Source of the DNA: Balanoglossus misakiensis
Lineage: Eukaryota; Animalia; Hemichordata
Direction of reading: 5' to 3'
DNA: 64,000 bases
Assembly: GCA_040954595.2 (NCBI GenBank)
Contig: CM082589.2
Location: 12,040,894 to 12,104,893, forward strand
Positions 13,546-26,455 of the stretch are shown here, piece after piece. Position numbers and translations under genes: made by a program. How positions within the stretch are numbered: position 1 is the stretch's first letter; each line of letters begins with the position of its first letter. A model generated the notes under the pieces. The model had not been told where the DNA came from. It did not search any database and was given only the letters and a program-made list of their open reading frames with translations.

Positions 13546-14588
13546 CCAATGCAATGATGACAACAGAAATTGCTTGCCTTCAGACACAAATATTTATTGC
13601 ATATATCATCAGCGAATAAAGGGAAATGGTTTTGAAGTTACAGTTGGCATTTTGCATTCTCGAAATGTCTACTAATATCCCAGGCCACGATACAGAGAAA
13701 AAAAATACACCAGCTGAGCTCCTCACACGTACGTAGTCATGTATGGTAAACCTGGCATTCTGTCCATATGGGACCTACATTTGTAGGCGATAGATCGATG
13801 TTGTATTGAAATCAGGCTAGTAATTAAGTTAAAACTTGGCTAATACGTTACCTTAGGGTGTTATACATTATCCAGTAACTGTTTTACTTAAGAATTGCCT
13901 TTCAAAAGCTGTTTTCCCCACGGTAAACGTATCGTTTCACGATCAACGCAACACTTCTGTATTTACAAGGCTAACATGGAGCCGGAGAGGTCAACGTATA
14001 CTTCCGGGTCATATCGTTGAACGACATCGATTATTTTTAAGCAGACTGTTACACAAGCATTTCGAATTAATTTCTTTTCATGGATGTCGGGACCGATATT
14101 AGACCTCTCTGTCAGGAAAGTTTGGTTAACTTCCGAGGTCGTTTTCAAATGCTTTTTGACACGTTTATGGATGTCTCTTTCGGGGTCACCAACATACCAC
14201 TGAAAACACGTTAAAAACTTCTACTATTACCGACAGATTTTCATAAAATTTACGTCTGCAGTGAAAAATGGGAATCACTTTCGTAATTTATCCAGCTAAC
14301 ATGGTATTTTATTGCACAACAGAGCATAAAAATCAAGTTGAAAATCACCTTGAAAATTGGTCTATTGCAGTCTGTTTGAAAGTTAACGGTCGCTCGCTTG
14401 ATGAACTTTCATATGCAAATGAGCACCATGCGATCTGACTGTGTATATGTACTCCGTGTAGACTGAATGGGACCACTGTGTCCTTGACGCAATTTTTTAC
14501 ACTTATCAGGTATATGTTGACTAACACAAGCAAAAATATCACCAACTCATCTGAGAAATCTTATCCAAGGTCCTAAGGTTGTGAGATT

Positions 14589-14990
14589 AATAGAATCTCA
14601 CACTCCCAAGGACTAGTTGTTATAATTCTGACATGAGTTGGGGATTTTCTGTCCCACACGAGCCGCAGGCGAATGTGGGACAAAATATCCCTGACAAGTG
14701 TGGGAAATATGATCCTAGGTCCTTTGTGTATGAGATTATATTTCTCACACGGGCACAAATTAGCCAAATTCGTCTTAAAACATTGAATAAATGACTCTTG
14801 AGTTGTCATCTGGCATGTTGTAGTTTCTTTATCCTGTCATTGGATAACATTTAGCGCACGTTATTAAAAATCGCTTTGTCATCCAATCAGCGCTCGCGTC
14901 ATATACAGCTTTCGATTCAGTGAGTGTGTGGGATTGATTTGTTCTTACACTCTGATCCCACACTCTCAGCATGCCAGGAGTGTGAGAATC
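14589..14990. mobile_element. Hairpin-capped element, family H2
   Basis: Imperfect foldback around tgtcccacac...tgtgggaca, then ttctcacac...gtgtgagaa inverted pair. Confidence 0.6.
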
Positions 14991-15317
14991 TATATAATTA
15001 AGATCTACGAGTTTGAAATTTTAGGTGAAGAGTTTATCAATTTCTTTGCCAACCCTGTAGGGCATTCTGGGATATGTGTTCATGCCAAAGCACAAACAGT
15101 TATGACCTGACAGCTCAGTTTGTACATCATTTCTACAAATCCACAAAGAAACTGAAAGTTTAGAAAAGTCAGGCCTGTTAGAAATATTAGAAATATCACT
15201 GTTAATACTTAATTTCAAAGCCATGTGAATTTGTTCAATTTAAGAAAATTTTAAAGGAAGGGAGGATAGGTATTGACTTGAATAATTACAATGGATGTTT
15301 TTGTTTTCTATTTTCAG

Positions 15318-15437
15318 ATGTGAATGAGTGTTCAGATTCTGTTTGTGCTGGAGGTTGTCACAATGCAGAGGGTGGATTCAGCTGTAGTTGTGGTGATGAT
15401 GGTTTTTCTCTGAGTGCGGATCATGTCAATTGTTTAG
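15318..15437 (+). CDS. cbEGF exon 3 (open)
   Basis: tttcag|...|gtaagt; 120 bp encoding (D)VNECSDSVCAGGCHNAEGGFSCSCGDDGFSLSADHVNCL. Confidence 0.9.
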
Positions 15438-17227
15438 GTAAGTTTTTTTTGAGTGGGGAGGGTATAGGCTAACAATGGCTTTGCATTTCCTGCCACAAAA
15501 GGGTGCTTACAGAAGTTGTAAGTTGCAGAGATTACAGCCAGTCACCATGTTAAAAAAGAAAATAATTTAAAGTTATCAGGCACTTTCCATAGTTAGAAAT
15601 TAAAAATGTAGCGTCAAGGACACTTGGTGCTCTCTCAGTGTGTAGTGGATGACGAGCAGAATGTTTGGAGAACAGTGCAAACACCACAGTGAAATGCTGA
15701 ACTGATTTGCTCATGTAATATTAAATGCAGCCTGATAAGGTAGGTGCTTGACAGGGGAAAAAACCACTTGTCCTGGGCTCTAATAACTGTTTTAAATTAA
15801 GTCTTAAAAATGGCCTGCACTCACAAATGGCCTCACACAAATATATTGTCATTTCCCTCTCAGATTCTGTATATTATGTTATACTGATGGAATTCATTGT
15901 GTATGTCGTATCAAATTGCACCAGTGCGAGCTATGAGAAATGTGTTTTGAAAAAAAACAGTGCTTAGAAGTACTAGTCTAAAAGTGAAAGAAATACATTT
16001 GGAAAAAAAAATATCAGACAGCATTCAAGATCAGCTGAAGTGTTTTGATAAAATTTCTCCATATTCAAGTATATACTTTCATGTGCTGACTATAGTAGTG
16101 TAGGTGGTAGCAAAAAAAATACATGAATTGTTCAAACAGAAAGTTCAATCATTTAGTTTCCCCAGTTTATGGGTGCATAGCAGTTGTGAACATAGTATAT
16201 GAAATAAATTAAAATAGTCATTGCTCTCTGGTCCATCATTTTCGCTAGAAGTGACCTGATTTCACATCAATAGTTTCCCACCCGTCATTTCAAGCTAATT
16301 TCATGTAGAACAAAACTCCTATACAACATAATAACATTTCTAGAACCTTTTTTTGATGGTTGGGCCCACAGACTAACACTAGTGGTTCTAAAAAGAAACT
16401 TCCATAACAACCTGTACGCTTGATGCATTCAAGTCAGGGCACACCTAACCCATTCAAAATATGCAAATTAGAAAAAGACGCATATGCATTATTTGTGTCC
16501 CCAGAGACACACACAGGAAATCAAGCGAGTGCGGCCACTAGCTGAAAGAGCTGAATTCAATGGATTGCCTTACAATGTTCATGATACAAGGGGGTGATGA
16601 TCAATGAACAGAACAGCGGTCCACTTTCACGCATTGTAGTGCACTGATCATGGCAAGTTGATCATGTCAAAACAAACGACGATGTTAGATAGCAGTGCTT
16701 CGCAAGTTTGACTAATTTGTATGAAAATTGTCTCGCCAAACTTTTTTCTCGCGGGTAGCAAAAACACTGCTGGCTAATCCGTTCCGATTTCTGTCCCTGT
16801 TCCAATTCTTCCGCAACACCTCAAAGCTACACACCACCGCCAAAAACATAAAGCTAGAAAATGGTATGAATTCTTGACGGATGGAAGTAGTTTGACAGAC
16901 GGTAGTAGCTCATACCCAACTTGACAGACTCCCCTGTTTACACTTCGGAGCCAAAAAAAACGAGTTTGTTGTCTCGTGCATGATATTTTTGGCTTTTAAA
17001 CACTACCTTGTTAAATTTAATGTGGTTACTACATTGTTTGTTTATCAGTATACAGTACTGGTACAGATAAACATATGTAATGACCAAGTTATATGCCAGA
17101 TGATATTTATTAAGTTTCACACAATTTTGCTCTCTTGTTGTATATTTTCAAATGTGTACTCAAAGAAAACTGTAATTCACATGTATTCATTCTAACACAT
17201 TTTATGATATTTGTGTTTTCCCCGCAG

Positions 17228-17339
17228 ATGACAATGAGTGCGATCAAGCTGGTTTGTCACCATGCCAACAAGTAGGTTGCAACACACCAACCAGTTACCA
17301 GAGTGTGGTTGCAGACCAGGATTCAACATACATGCGTTT
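17228..17339 (+). pseudogene. cbEGF exon 4, frameshifted
   Basis: (D)DNECDQAGLSPCQQVGCNTPTSY, then a frame change to CGCRPGFNI; ccgcag acceptor, gtgagt donor. Confidence 0.75.
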
Positions 17340-17479
17340 GTGAGTATCTACAATTTGGAGAGAAAGTAAGATGTATGGGTTTGTACTTAGTGTCTTATAC
17401 ATGTATATGTGACACTGAAATCATATATTGTACAATCAGTCATTGGTAAATGTCTGCTATTCATGACACAGATCAACAT

Positions 17480-17662
17480 ACAGTCAAACCTGTTAGTGGC
17501 CACCTCTATTAGGCAGCCACCTCTATATAGTGGCCACTTTATTCTAGTCCCTGTGCAATTTACAACTACATTAATTGACTTTTCTACAAGGTATAATGGC
17601 CACCTATCTATAAAGGCCAGTTTAGAAAAGTCCCTTCACTAGCCATAATGAGCAGGTTTGAC
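17480..17662. mobile_element. Short Tc1/mariner-type MITE
   Basis: ta|cagtcaaacctg...caggtttgacag with internal gccacct repeats. Confidence 0.6.
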
Positions 17663-18122
17663 AGCTGTTGTGTTGATTTCTGTCTGTTTTACGTGTAACA
17701 CAATCATGACATTTTTCATAAAGAGGGCAGCCTTCCAAAATTAAGTGTCATCTCAATGCAGACAATGTGAAAAAGGCGGTCAGTAGAGTACTGCTCGAGC
17801 TCATCTAGTTTGTTTTATACATGATACAAGTTGCGTGTAAAACTGACCTTACAATAAAATGTGGCTGTCGAACATAAGTCCCAACTATAGTGTTGATACA
17901 CAAGACTCTCAAGTTTTTACTCTGTAACCGACTGGCCTCGTGTTCGCGTCTTGGAAGGGTAATATGACTGCATAGCAATGTTTTATGACAATTTAGTACA
18001 TAGAGAAATGGAATACTGTGACATTATTGACTCTGGGAACTATGTAGATAATGCCCAGCCTAAATATACTGACTGTCTGCAATTATAGTTTTAGCATTTT
18101 TGTTCAATTGCACTTTCAAGTA

Positions 18123-18287
18123 CAGTCAAACCCGTCTAACACCAAAGGGACTGAAGAAATTGTTCAGATTGCAGGTGTCCAATTTAAAGAGGTTCTTTCA
18201 ACATGTGGTTCCATGTCAAAGGGTTTGAACAATGTCTTTGGAATAGACAGGTTTCCCAACAGGGTTCGGTTGAGACAGGTTTTACTG
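18123..18287. mobile_element. Short Tc1/mariner-type MITE
   Basis: ta|cagtcaaacccgtct...agacaggttttactg|ta. Confidence 0.6.
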
Positions 18288-19485
18288 TATTTTGATACAT
18301 GCTCTGGCTTAACCCTATCACCACCATGGTTCAGTCTAAACCCGTTTGTTTTCTATAGTAAGGTTGGATCTTTAAAGAGAAAACTGTTTTTTTTTTCTGG
18401 GAATATCTTTATTTCTTCTGTCACAAAAATTGCATGGGAATTCTAATTCTAAAAGGAAAACTTATTTGATAAAAGATCTCAAAGTCAAGTTTTGGATGTG
18501 GCTCCAGTTCAAGTATTGTAGGTGACTAGTTTTCTGGAGTTCAAGTCTGTATACTTGCAATAGAGTTGGTCACATGGACTTGGGTAATCTGAGTGTGTCA
18601 GAAATTGAACTTACATACATTGAGTTGAGTAAAAGAACATGTCTGGTGTATTACTGTAATGTGACTAGATACAGCAAATGCCTTAACTATAAGCGTATGT
18701 GAAAATACGCAGTTTTCATCGATATATCTGATTCACGAAATTAAATACACATGTTCATTAAAACCTACTATGATAGAGCGCCCCCACTGTATAGAATGTC
18801 AATTTTGAAGTCCTACATCTATGACATCATGCCTAGCTGTCAATGTTAACTGATGTGTACTTGTACTACTAGTAAATGGAAGTATTTTAAAGTAAAGCTC
18901 AGATGCAAGTTTTTGTAAAATAAATATAATATTAAAACGTTGCAATCATTTTAGTCCTTTGGAACAGAGGTCCAATTGACTAATGTGATCACTCTGTGTG
19001 CGGCATATGGCATATTAAGCATTTAGTATTTTTCAATCAAAAGCCATTAATCCTGTGATTAATTCTGCTTCTTGCATCATTGATTTAAATCACCACACAT
19101 GAATATTTTTTTCCAAAGGACTGTGGTGCCCAAGTTTTTATGATAAGATAAACAAACAGTGAAATTCACTGAAGAAGTGAGCGAGCACTTGCCCACTCAT
19201 TGTTCAATGAAAGGTGACCACCAAAACAAAAGTATTGAGAAAATAACCCGAAGTTGGAGTTACTGAGTTTTAAATTGATTTCAATAATCTCCCAAGTGAA
19301 AAGCTTGGCTTGGCTGAAGCTCCTGTAGTCATGTTACCTGTAAGTAGATTGACACAGATGACAATGTTTGACTGTTTACACATTTCTTTGTTTGATCTTT
19401 CAGAACATTTTTTTTCATTTCTGCTGAAATCCAGTCCATCACCAATTGTGATTACTCAGTCCTGTTTACTGTTCATTGTTGACAG

Positions 19486-19673
19486 ATTTGAATCTGGAGG
19501 TGGAAAGGCTGGACACAGGACTGGGATTTCTAAACACCCAACTATGGAGAGCATGGCAGAGACATTTTCTGTCAAAGTGGCAATGAACTGGTATGACTGG
19601 CTGTTAGCTGCACTGGATTGTTACACCTAGGTGTTTGGTGAGAAGTTACTAGGACCAGCAGACTTGTTTTCAG
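19486..19673 (+). pseudogene. PRKDC: PRKDC fragment exon a (TAG at 19628-19630)
   Basis: FESGGG...WYDWLLAALDCYT*VFGEKLLGPADLFS. Confidence 0.9.
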
Positions 19674-19908
19674 GTTGGGTCTGAAATTTTTGTCTTCACA
19701 TATTCGCTGAACACTGCGTCTCACGTGACTAAGCAAGACACCTCACGAAGACAGACACAGATACAGGCCATCCACCATTTTGTAATGTGTTAGTTTTTTG
19801 ACACTCTGGAAATGGTCTAATGCGCATGTCTGTTGTAAAACTTACGTACATTTGTGTCAGTAGTTGCATTAATTTTAGCTTCACTTCCATCATAAACTGT
19901 TGGTTTTT

Positions 19909-20506
19909 TGGGTCCCATTGGTATGTACCATGGGACCTTATGGGATCGGATGCGTTTGTATGTATGTGTGTATGTATGTATGGATGGATGGATGGATAGA
20001 TGGATGGATGGATGTCTGTATGTCCACATCAAAAACTTGTAAACCGCTGCGTGTATCACCTTGATATTTGGTGTGCTGATGCAGGCTGGGCTCTAGATGG
20101 GAGTTTGTTCAAATGAAGTTGTCATTGCCAAAAATATGCAAATTAGCTGGAAAAATGTGAATTTGGGCAAAACTCAGTAACTCAAGAAGTACTGGTCAGA
20201 TTGCTTTGCAAAGTGGTGTGTATTTACTTTATTGAGTTGGTTTAATTAGGCAGGAACTCCCCTCCTGTGATTCATATGAACACGGCAAATTTCTGAATGA
20301 TTACATGACTGGCTAAGTTTTAAAGAGGCCAGCTGTTCTATTTAGTGTATGTGTAGTACATATGCCATGGCAGCTTATGGGTCAGTCAGTGTTTGCCCAT
20401 TGATCTCTCGCTATGTGTGTGTGTGTGTCTGTATATGGCCCTGTACTCCGGTGTAGACTTTTTCTTTGTAATCACTCAATGGGACCGCCGTGTCCTTGAT
20501 GCGATT
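19909..20506 (+). mobile_element. HINE/DINE-like element, GGTCCCAT family
   Basis: Hairpin ggtcccat-tggtatgtacc-atgggacc, (GTAT)/(GGAT) microsatellite, distal subTIR atgggacc plus small stem-loop gtgtc-ctt-gatgc, T-run flanks. Confidence 0.8.
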
Positions 20507-20922
20507 TTTTTCGATGGTAAAGTTGGACCTCTATAGAGGGGACCATTCCGAAGGGGGGGAAGGGTTAAAACTTAACCAATTCTCAATGATATTGATGGTG
20601 ATGTACTTTGCAGGTGTGCGTTACATGTCCTCACAGTATTTAGCAGATAGCAGTCTGAGTGAAGAAATATGTCAATTTGATCTCAACAGTACGTGGGGCA
20701 TTCTTGTCGCGATTTTTAAAATATGATTATTAAGGAAGGGTAAAAATGATTGCCAAGAAACGTGACAGATTGACTCTAGCCTGGAAGTAATAGAAAGTTT
20801 GTTTATTAGCCAATGAGATTCCACAATTCTAAATACGGCAGTTTGTGCTTACCTGCCTCTTTGATGTTTGTCACTGAGGCAGGGTACCAGTCAATCTTCA
20901 CATACATCGGTCAATTGTTCTT

Positions 20923-22141
20923 ATACATAATCCCATGATATTTTTCTTTGTTTGACGTCATCGTATACGAGTGGTTTTTGCGGAGCCGTGCAACTTCGTG
21001 CCATAGGCCAGAAGTTGTACGACTCCGCGAAAACCACGAGTATACGATGACGTTAAACAAAGAAAAATGTCATGGGATTATATATTTATCACATGAACAG
21101 TCTTCTTATTTTCGTTAGAAGAGGTAGGATAAAAATATTCCAATATCTTGCTAAAATATTCGAGCGGCCTTGCAGTTTATTTAGCGGGATTACGTTCTTT
21201 CCCCTGCGCAACGATCTGTGCCCCCCACGAGATATGCTAATAATGGAATCCCTTTCATTCATAAAGTGAAATCGACTTTCAAGTTTATACACTTTTGTGT
21301 CTTGTCTACCAATCAGATTCGCGGAGTCAGTCACATGGGCCAGAATTTTGATACATTCTGCCTGTCAATCATCGTCTCGCGCTGTGTACATGTCAACACA
21401 AGTCATCGCGTCGAGTTCGCCCGCAAAGTTATGCTGCAAGTCACAGTTTGACAGAAAAAATGACGCGCTTCATGTAAAACTTTATGAAAAAATATTACAG
21501 TTCCATTGCCATATATCCTAAAACCGTTATTGTGACAGGATATTAAAAATATTAGTGCAGGAACGATGTTCAAGGTTGTGTTTGCGTCGGCCTGGCTAGT
21601 CAGCGCTGTTGTGTTTCCGCAGAAACTACAACCCTCGTACAGAATCTCATCCTCGAACCCCACACAAATGTTTTCGATTCTCAAACAAATGAACTGCGAC
21701 GTTTTTCCACGTCCTATACATTTCGTTGACCGGTGGACAGAATACAGAGTGTTAGTCGTCCCGTTCAGGTGGCTCGAAATCATTCTCGTAACTTCCGTAA
21801 GCCTAAAATCAAGTGTGCTGGCTCGCTTGGGATCGACCAGGCTGGCTAGCTGCAAGCACACATTCACGATCGTAGCGTTGACTTTTCAAATTCTACCTTT
21901 CTCGTATTGCTTTTACCAAGCAATATTCTTTCGCAACCGTCATGGAACCGTCATTTTTATTTCAATCGTGTACAACTACGGGTTTATGCACTTGTTATTC
22001 CGTTTTACAAGGAAGTTATAGCGACGGGCGAATCAGTGAAAATAGTTCCGGTTGATGACGTAGAACAGGGGAAAATTCGGATTTTTTGTTCGACCAGTTC
22101 TTCGTCACACTGGTGGCTATACAGGCCAGTTCATGTGATAA
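20923..22141. mobile_element. Hairpin-capped element, family H1, copy 2
   Basis: Homologous end to end to 4588-6863 without the nested MITE. Confidence 0.85.
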
Positions 22142-22420
22142 TCAACACAACAAATAAAAAAATGAAGTTTGTTTGTGGAGTTTTATTTTTTACAGCAACA
22201 CTACCTAATGTAAAACAGCATGTAGTATTGCTCATTTGAAACACAAGCAATCTCATAAGGTTGTCTTTGATTAGTTCGTTCCTCATCAATCAATTTACTC
22301 TTTGAACAGGTGTAATACAGGTGCATAAATGGCTAACCTATTACCGGTAGGTTGGGTCTTCTAAAGCACTGTGTATTACCCAAATAAAACACTGTGCTTG
22401 TATTTGCAGAATAGACATAA

Positions 22421-22738
22421 GGCCAAAATATTAAAGTAAATTCTTTATTTTGCACCCACTGAGTATTCTGTTAGCTAGGTGGCTAAACGGTTATAAAACA
22501 GTACACAACAAAAATCTAGTACAAAACAATTTTTCCTTCATTTTGTCATGCTATATGAATGTCCCTGTAGTGATTTGGTTCAGTGGCTGTCTTATGACTG
22601 CACAGAGTCATGACTTAATTTTGTGATTCAATATTGTCCATAAGAAAAATTTCCCAAGAAAACTCTGCATGTGTTTTACTTGAAAACATTTGAAAACTTA
22701 TATTTGTGTGGATGTAACACAAAGAATTTACTTTGGCC
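22421..22738. mobile_element. PIF/Harbinger-like MITE
   Basis: taa|ggccaaa...aaagtaaattcttt / aaagaatttactttggcc|taa. Confidence 0.6.
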
Positions 22739-22855
22739 TAATATTTAACAGACAAATTGACCTATCCTAAGCCAAAGAATTTGCTTGAGCTTGAATTGAA
22801 TTTTTTCTGACAACTAGTGTGTCATTATTTGAATTTATTCTATCTTTGCACACAG

Positions 22856-23085
22856 GCAAAGTGCAAAAAACCAGCAGTCTGTTTAAATCGCTGGAGTTCT
22901 TTCTGACAAAGCTTGCGTTAGAAGATATCTATGGTGCAGCCAAGTGTTTTGACACAACTGTGCAAGGACTGGTGTTTACTCCAAGAGAGATGGAAAGTTA
23001 CAACAAGAGCGAATGTACTATCATTGTTCGATTGACTGATTTCCTGACTGTCTTGCTGGCTCTCCACTCCAATGAATTGGGAAAG
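22856..23085 (+). pseudogene. PRKDC: PRKDC fragment exon b
   Basis: KVQKTSSLFKSLEFFL...YNKSECTIIVRLTDFLTVLL...GK|gtaagg. Confidence 0.9.
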
Positions 23086-23274
23086 GTAAGGATGAAGGAT
23101 GCAGTTTTTCGCCTCAAAATGTGAGCACAGTGTCATTTATGCTATTTTTGTTATACAAGGGACATGTTATCAATTTTATTTCTGTTTATGTGATATAAGA
23201 AGGGTGAGGTTGATCCAACAAAAAATTACATAAAACAATATTGATTATGAGTAGTGATTTAAGGTATACTTCAG

Positions 23275-23611
23275 AGGAACAAAGTCTCTCTCTCGCTGCC
23301 TTTTATCCATTAACTATGTTTGATACTAGACACCGTTTATGTCATGTGGATATATAGTGAATCAACGTTCGACCACACACACCTTCCATCCCATTTGAAG
23401 CATATGAGAGTAAAAATCTCGCCAAAATGAATAAACGGTAAACACCAATTATTCAATTTGGTGACTTTTTCACTCTAGTGTCTGCAAGTGGGATGGAAGT
23501 TGTGTGTGGTTGAACGTTGATTCACTATATATCCACATGTAGAATAACATAAACAGTGTCTTGTATCAAACATTATTTATGGAAAAGGCAGCAAGAGAGA
23601 GACTTTGTCCC
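23275..23611. mobile_element. ~340 bp foldback MITE (agggacaaagtctc family), copy 1
   Basis: Near-complete palindrome; copies at 34573 and 61874. Confidence 0.8.
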
Positions 23612-24007
23612 ATTTCACCCAAGTTCTCTCTTTAGAGGTCGTACATTCCATAGGAAACAATGCGTTTGGACTGAACCATGGCTTTGAAAGGGTTAAACAG
23701 TACTTGTAAAAAGTGTTGTTGATTAGAACTGTCCAGTCAGACCAGCCATTCACCTGTTATATCTCACTTCATCCACTTTGTGATAATTTTCCTTGCCTCT
23801 GCAAATTCTTCAAATATAATTTACTGGTTCAATATGCATTTACGTAGTTACTTGAAGTTCAAAGACAAGTATGACATGCCCTTTAAAAGCTGCTCTAACC
23901 CGGTTACCACAATTGTTTCTATGGTGAAATTGGACCTCTTTAGAGGGATTAGGGGGTGAAAGGGTTAAGAGTGAATATATTCATTTGGTTATTGATGTCT
24001 AAAGGTA

Positions 24008-24194
24008 CTGTAAAACAGTTTATTTTCGCGAGCAATAAATTTTCGCGAGATACACGAGAGCCAAAAAATAGTGAAAATAAAAAGTCGCAAAATATGTTTT
24101 TGACAGATAACGATGCAATAAATGAAAATATGGAAAGTGAAAATTAATTCTCGCATAACAGTTGCCTCTTTCATGAAAATAACCTGTTTTACAG
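24008..24194. mobile_element. TA-target MITE
   Basis: ta|ctgtaaaacag...ctgttttacag|ta with internal ttttcgcga motifs. Confidence 0.7.
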
Positions 24195-24216
24195 TATACG
24201 TTTGCAGTCCATATTT

Positions 24217-24881
24217 AGGGGTTATTACACGAATTTTGGTCGATAACGCGTCGTATTCGAGTGATGTCCGTTTTTGGACGAGTTGCTAAGCAACAAGTCA
24301 AAATACGGACATCATGAGAATGCGTCGCGTTATCAGCCAAAATTCGTGTAATAACCCCTTTATCATACATGCCTACCTATAAAACAGTACAATTTGCGAA
24401 AATGCGCCGAGAAAAACGATTTCAAATTTGAACGGGCGCCCTGGGATCACGGCAGTAGCCATGTTGTGACGTATGACGTGTGGGCCGTAGTATCATTTTA
24501 AGGGGGTTGGCAGCTTTCATTACGATGGGCACATCCGCATTCTAAATAAAATTGTCTACGTTCTCTTTCAAAATATCCTGTTAACAATTATTTTGCATTG
24601 AGAATTTCAAAGAAGTAAAAATGATACGTTCAACATGGCAAAACTGCCAGCTTTGAAAACGTTATTACAGCTTCTAATAACCGAATTTTACAACACCCCT
24701 CTCCTCTAGTGTCCTATGCCCCATACGTCGCTCGCACGCGCAGCGAACTGTCGCGCCGCGCGTTCTCAAAAATAGTTCGAGACACGGAGTGAAGATATAT
24801 TGCACTCAGTGTAGTACTGTAAAATATCTTCGGGGCGAGAACAATAGAAAGTGCCAAATACAGGCGTTGCATGTATGATAA
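24217..24881. mobile_element. Hairpin-capped element, family H3
   Basis: ~143 bp foldback aggggttattacacg...cgtgtaataacccct, then TTATCATACATGC...GCATGTATGATAA. Confidence 0.8.
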
Positions 24882-25038
24882 AGACATTTATATGATGACA
24901 TTATCACATTCAGTTTGAAGTAAGACAATGAATGATAATTATTTTTGTTTTCTTCTAAGTGTCCCATTGATTCATTCAAATGCGGTGATTGTAAGTACAA
25001 AATACACACAAATTACTATTTTAACCATGCAGTGTTAC

Positions 25039-25140
25039 AGAGGCTTAATGAGGCCACAGGAGTAATTTTTTTATTTCATGCCTGTAATAAAAAATTCATG
25101 AAATAAAAAATATATATTCCTGTGGCCTCATTAAGCCTCT
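25039..25140. repeat. ~100 bp palindromic mini-element
   Basis: agaggcttaatgaggccacagga...tcctgtggcctcattaagcctct; cagtgtta occurs near both flanks. Confidence 0.65.
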
Positions 25141-25209
25141 ATACAGTGTTAATAGTGTAATGAATGACACCAATTTTTTGATTACGGATTTGATGTTTTG
25201 CTTTAGCAG

Positions 25210-25333
25210 TCCATCCCAAGCAGCTTGTGGAGCACCCATTTGTACGAATGCATCACCAGCTTGTGTTTTAGACCCCACATCTCTTGGTTTTGACATGGGT
25301 GATGTTGAAGTCATCAATAACTTGCCTGCCAGG
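25210..25333 (+). pseudogene. PRKDC: PRKDC fragment exon c (+1 frameshift)
   Basis: 124 bp between phase-0 sites; SIPSSLWSTHLYECIT / ACVLDPTSLGFDMGDVEVINNLPAR. Confidence 0.9.
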
Positions 25334-25692
25334 GTAAGTATTATTATAAGAATTTATAACGGTTTTCCCCATATTTTAAACAAGTGTGTCTGTGTTGTGG
25401 ATGAGTGATTCCCTTATGGGGGGATTGCAGCTATAAGGGGAATCAATAGTCTGTAACACAGGTACACGAGTGAGGACTAATGACGAGAAAGATATGTTTA
25501 TCACATACATACATCAGCTAATTTTGATTGTCAAATAAAACTTGTTAGGATGAAATTTGGAACTATGTTGTGCCAAAATGAAGAGATCAATATTATGCGG
25601 TCCCATTTGTCAGGTGCCTTTGTGGAAGAATTTTTTTTTGCAAAGAAATGATACATAATGAGAATGGCATGAATTTCCTCTTTAGCATGCTA

Positions 25693-25871
25693 TAGTGGGG
25701 CAGTTAACAAAAAAATCGTGCACTTTGGGTTAAAAGCATGAAACTTGGCTGTCATTTTGGATCCATATCAGAAAATGGCCGCCATGGGTCAATGCATAAG
25801 TGTACCAAGTTTTATGCTTTTAACCCAAAGTGCACAATTATGCCAAAATGTGGGGTTAAGCTCCTGCACTA
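25693..25871. mobile_element. Internally deleted copy of the Academ-like MITE at 5350
   Basis: Same TAGTGGGGCAG / CTCCTGCACTA ends in the opposite orientation; 3-bp TSD CTA. Confidence 0.85.
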
Positions 25872-25991
25872 CTAGTTAAAGGGCCGGGTTTGGAAGTGCT
25901 AAGCATTATTTGGTTGAGCTCTCATCCATTCAGACTGGCAGATTGTAGCATGATATAATATTTATAATTGTTATTTTATCATTGGGAGCAG

Positions 25992-26086
25992 ACTTGACAA
26001 TTACTGGGACTGCTTGCACAGAAAGCACCTAAGAGTGTTGTGATGGATTTGAAAAAATGAATCCAGAAGATGCTTGGCCAGAAAGG
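25992..26086 (+). pseudogene. PRKDC: PRKDC fragment exon d (two TGA stops)
   Basis: T*QLLGLLAQKAPKSVVMDLKK*IQKMLGQK; phase 0 to 2 links exons c and e. Confidence 0.7.
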
Positions 26087-26149
26087 GTAAGGATTCATAA
26101 TCATTCAGTGACTCAGAGTGCTAATGAAATGGAATTAAGTCTCTCTGTT

Positions 26150-26203
<54 letters not shown>
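26150..26203. repeat. (CAT)n microsatellite
   Basis: About 18 perfect CAT units. Confidence 0.95.
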
Positions 26204-26279
26204 TCTGTCATTAGATCCTCATAATCTCTGAGCAAAATAGACCACCAAAATGACAGTGTCTTATCATTATCTATTACAG

Positions 26280-26418
26280 ACATGATGATATTCTCCTGAT
26301 TACACCATCTTTACTGAAAGGCAGTGAGAAGGATGTTAACATTATCAAACTGATTCACATGGTATCAGAATATGAACAGCTTCACAAGGCAAACTTGCTT
26401 CCAGCGTTGCAACAAAAG
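26280..26418 (+). pseudogene. PRKDC: PRKDC fragment exon e
   Basis: HDDILL...YEQLHKANLLPALQQK|gtcagt. Confidence 0.8.
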
Positions 26419-26455
26419 GTCAGTTACTGAATAAGCCAAAGATGAGGGAGTTCTT

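Larger units (their letters stand above)
3505..14441 (+). mobile_element. Decayed Academ (AcademX-type) DNA transposon with nested insertions
   Basis: ~32 bp TIRs (cagtcagatcgcatggtactcatt / aatgagcaccatgcgatctgactg) flanked by a TGTA duplication. Removing the element restores gtctgtatatg, as seen in the uninterrupted host repeat at ~20427. The internal coding remnants match Academ domain order. Confidence 0.8.
604..17339 (+). pseudogene. Degenerate multi-exon calcium-binding EGF-repeat gene segment (fibrillin/fibulin/SCUBE-like); may begin upstream of the window
   Basis: Four AG/GT-bounded exons, each starting with the cbEGF consensus D-x-N-E-C. The first three are phase 1-1. Exon 2 has an in-frame stop and exon 4 a frameshift. 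Confidence 0.8.

Noticed and set aside
24960-24990. 31-bp AG/GT-bounded segment reading CPIDSFKCGD (LDLa-like start)
   Set aside because: Too short, no partner exon, and not needed for PRKDC collinearity; likely chance.
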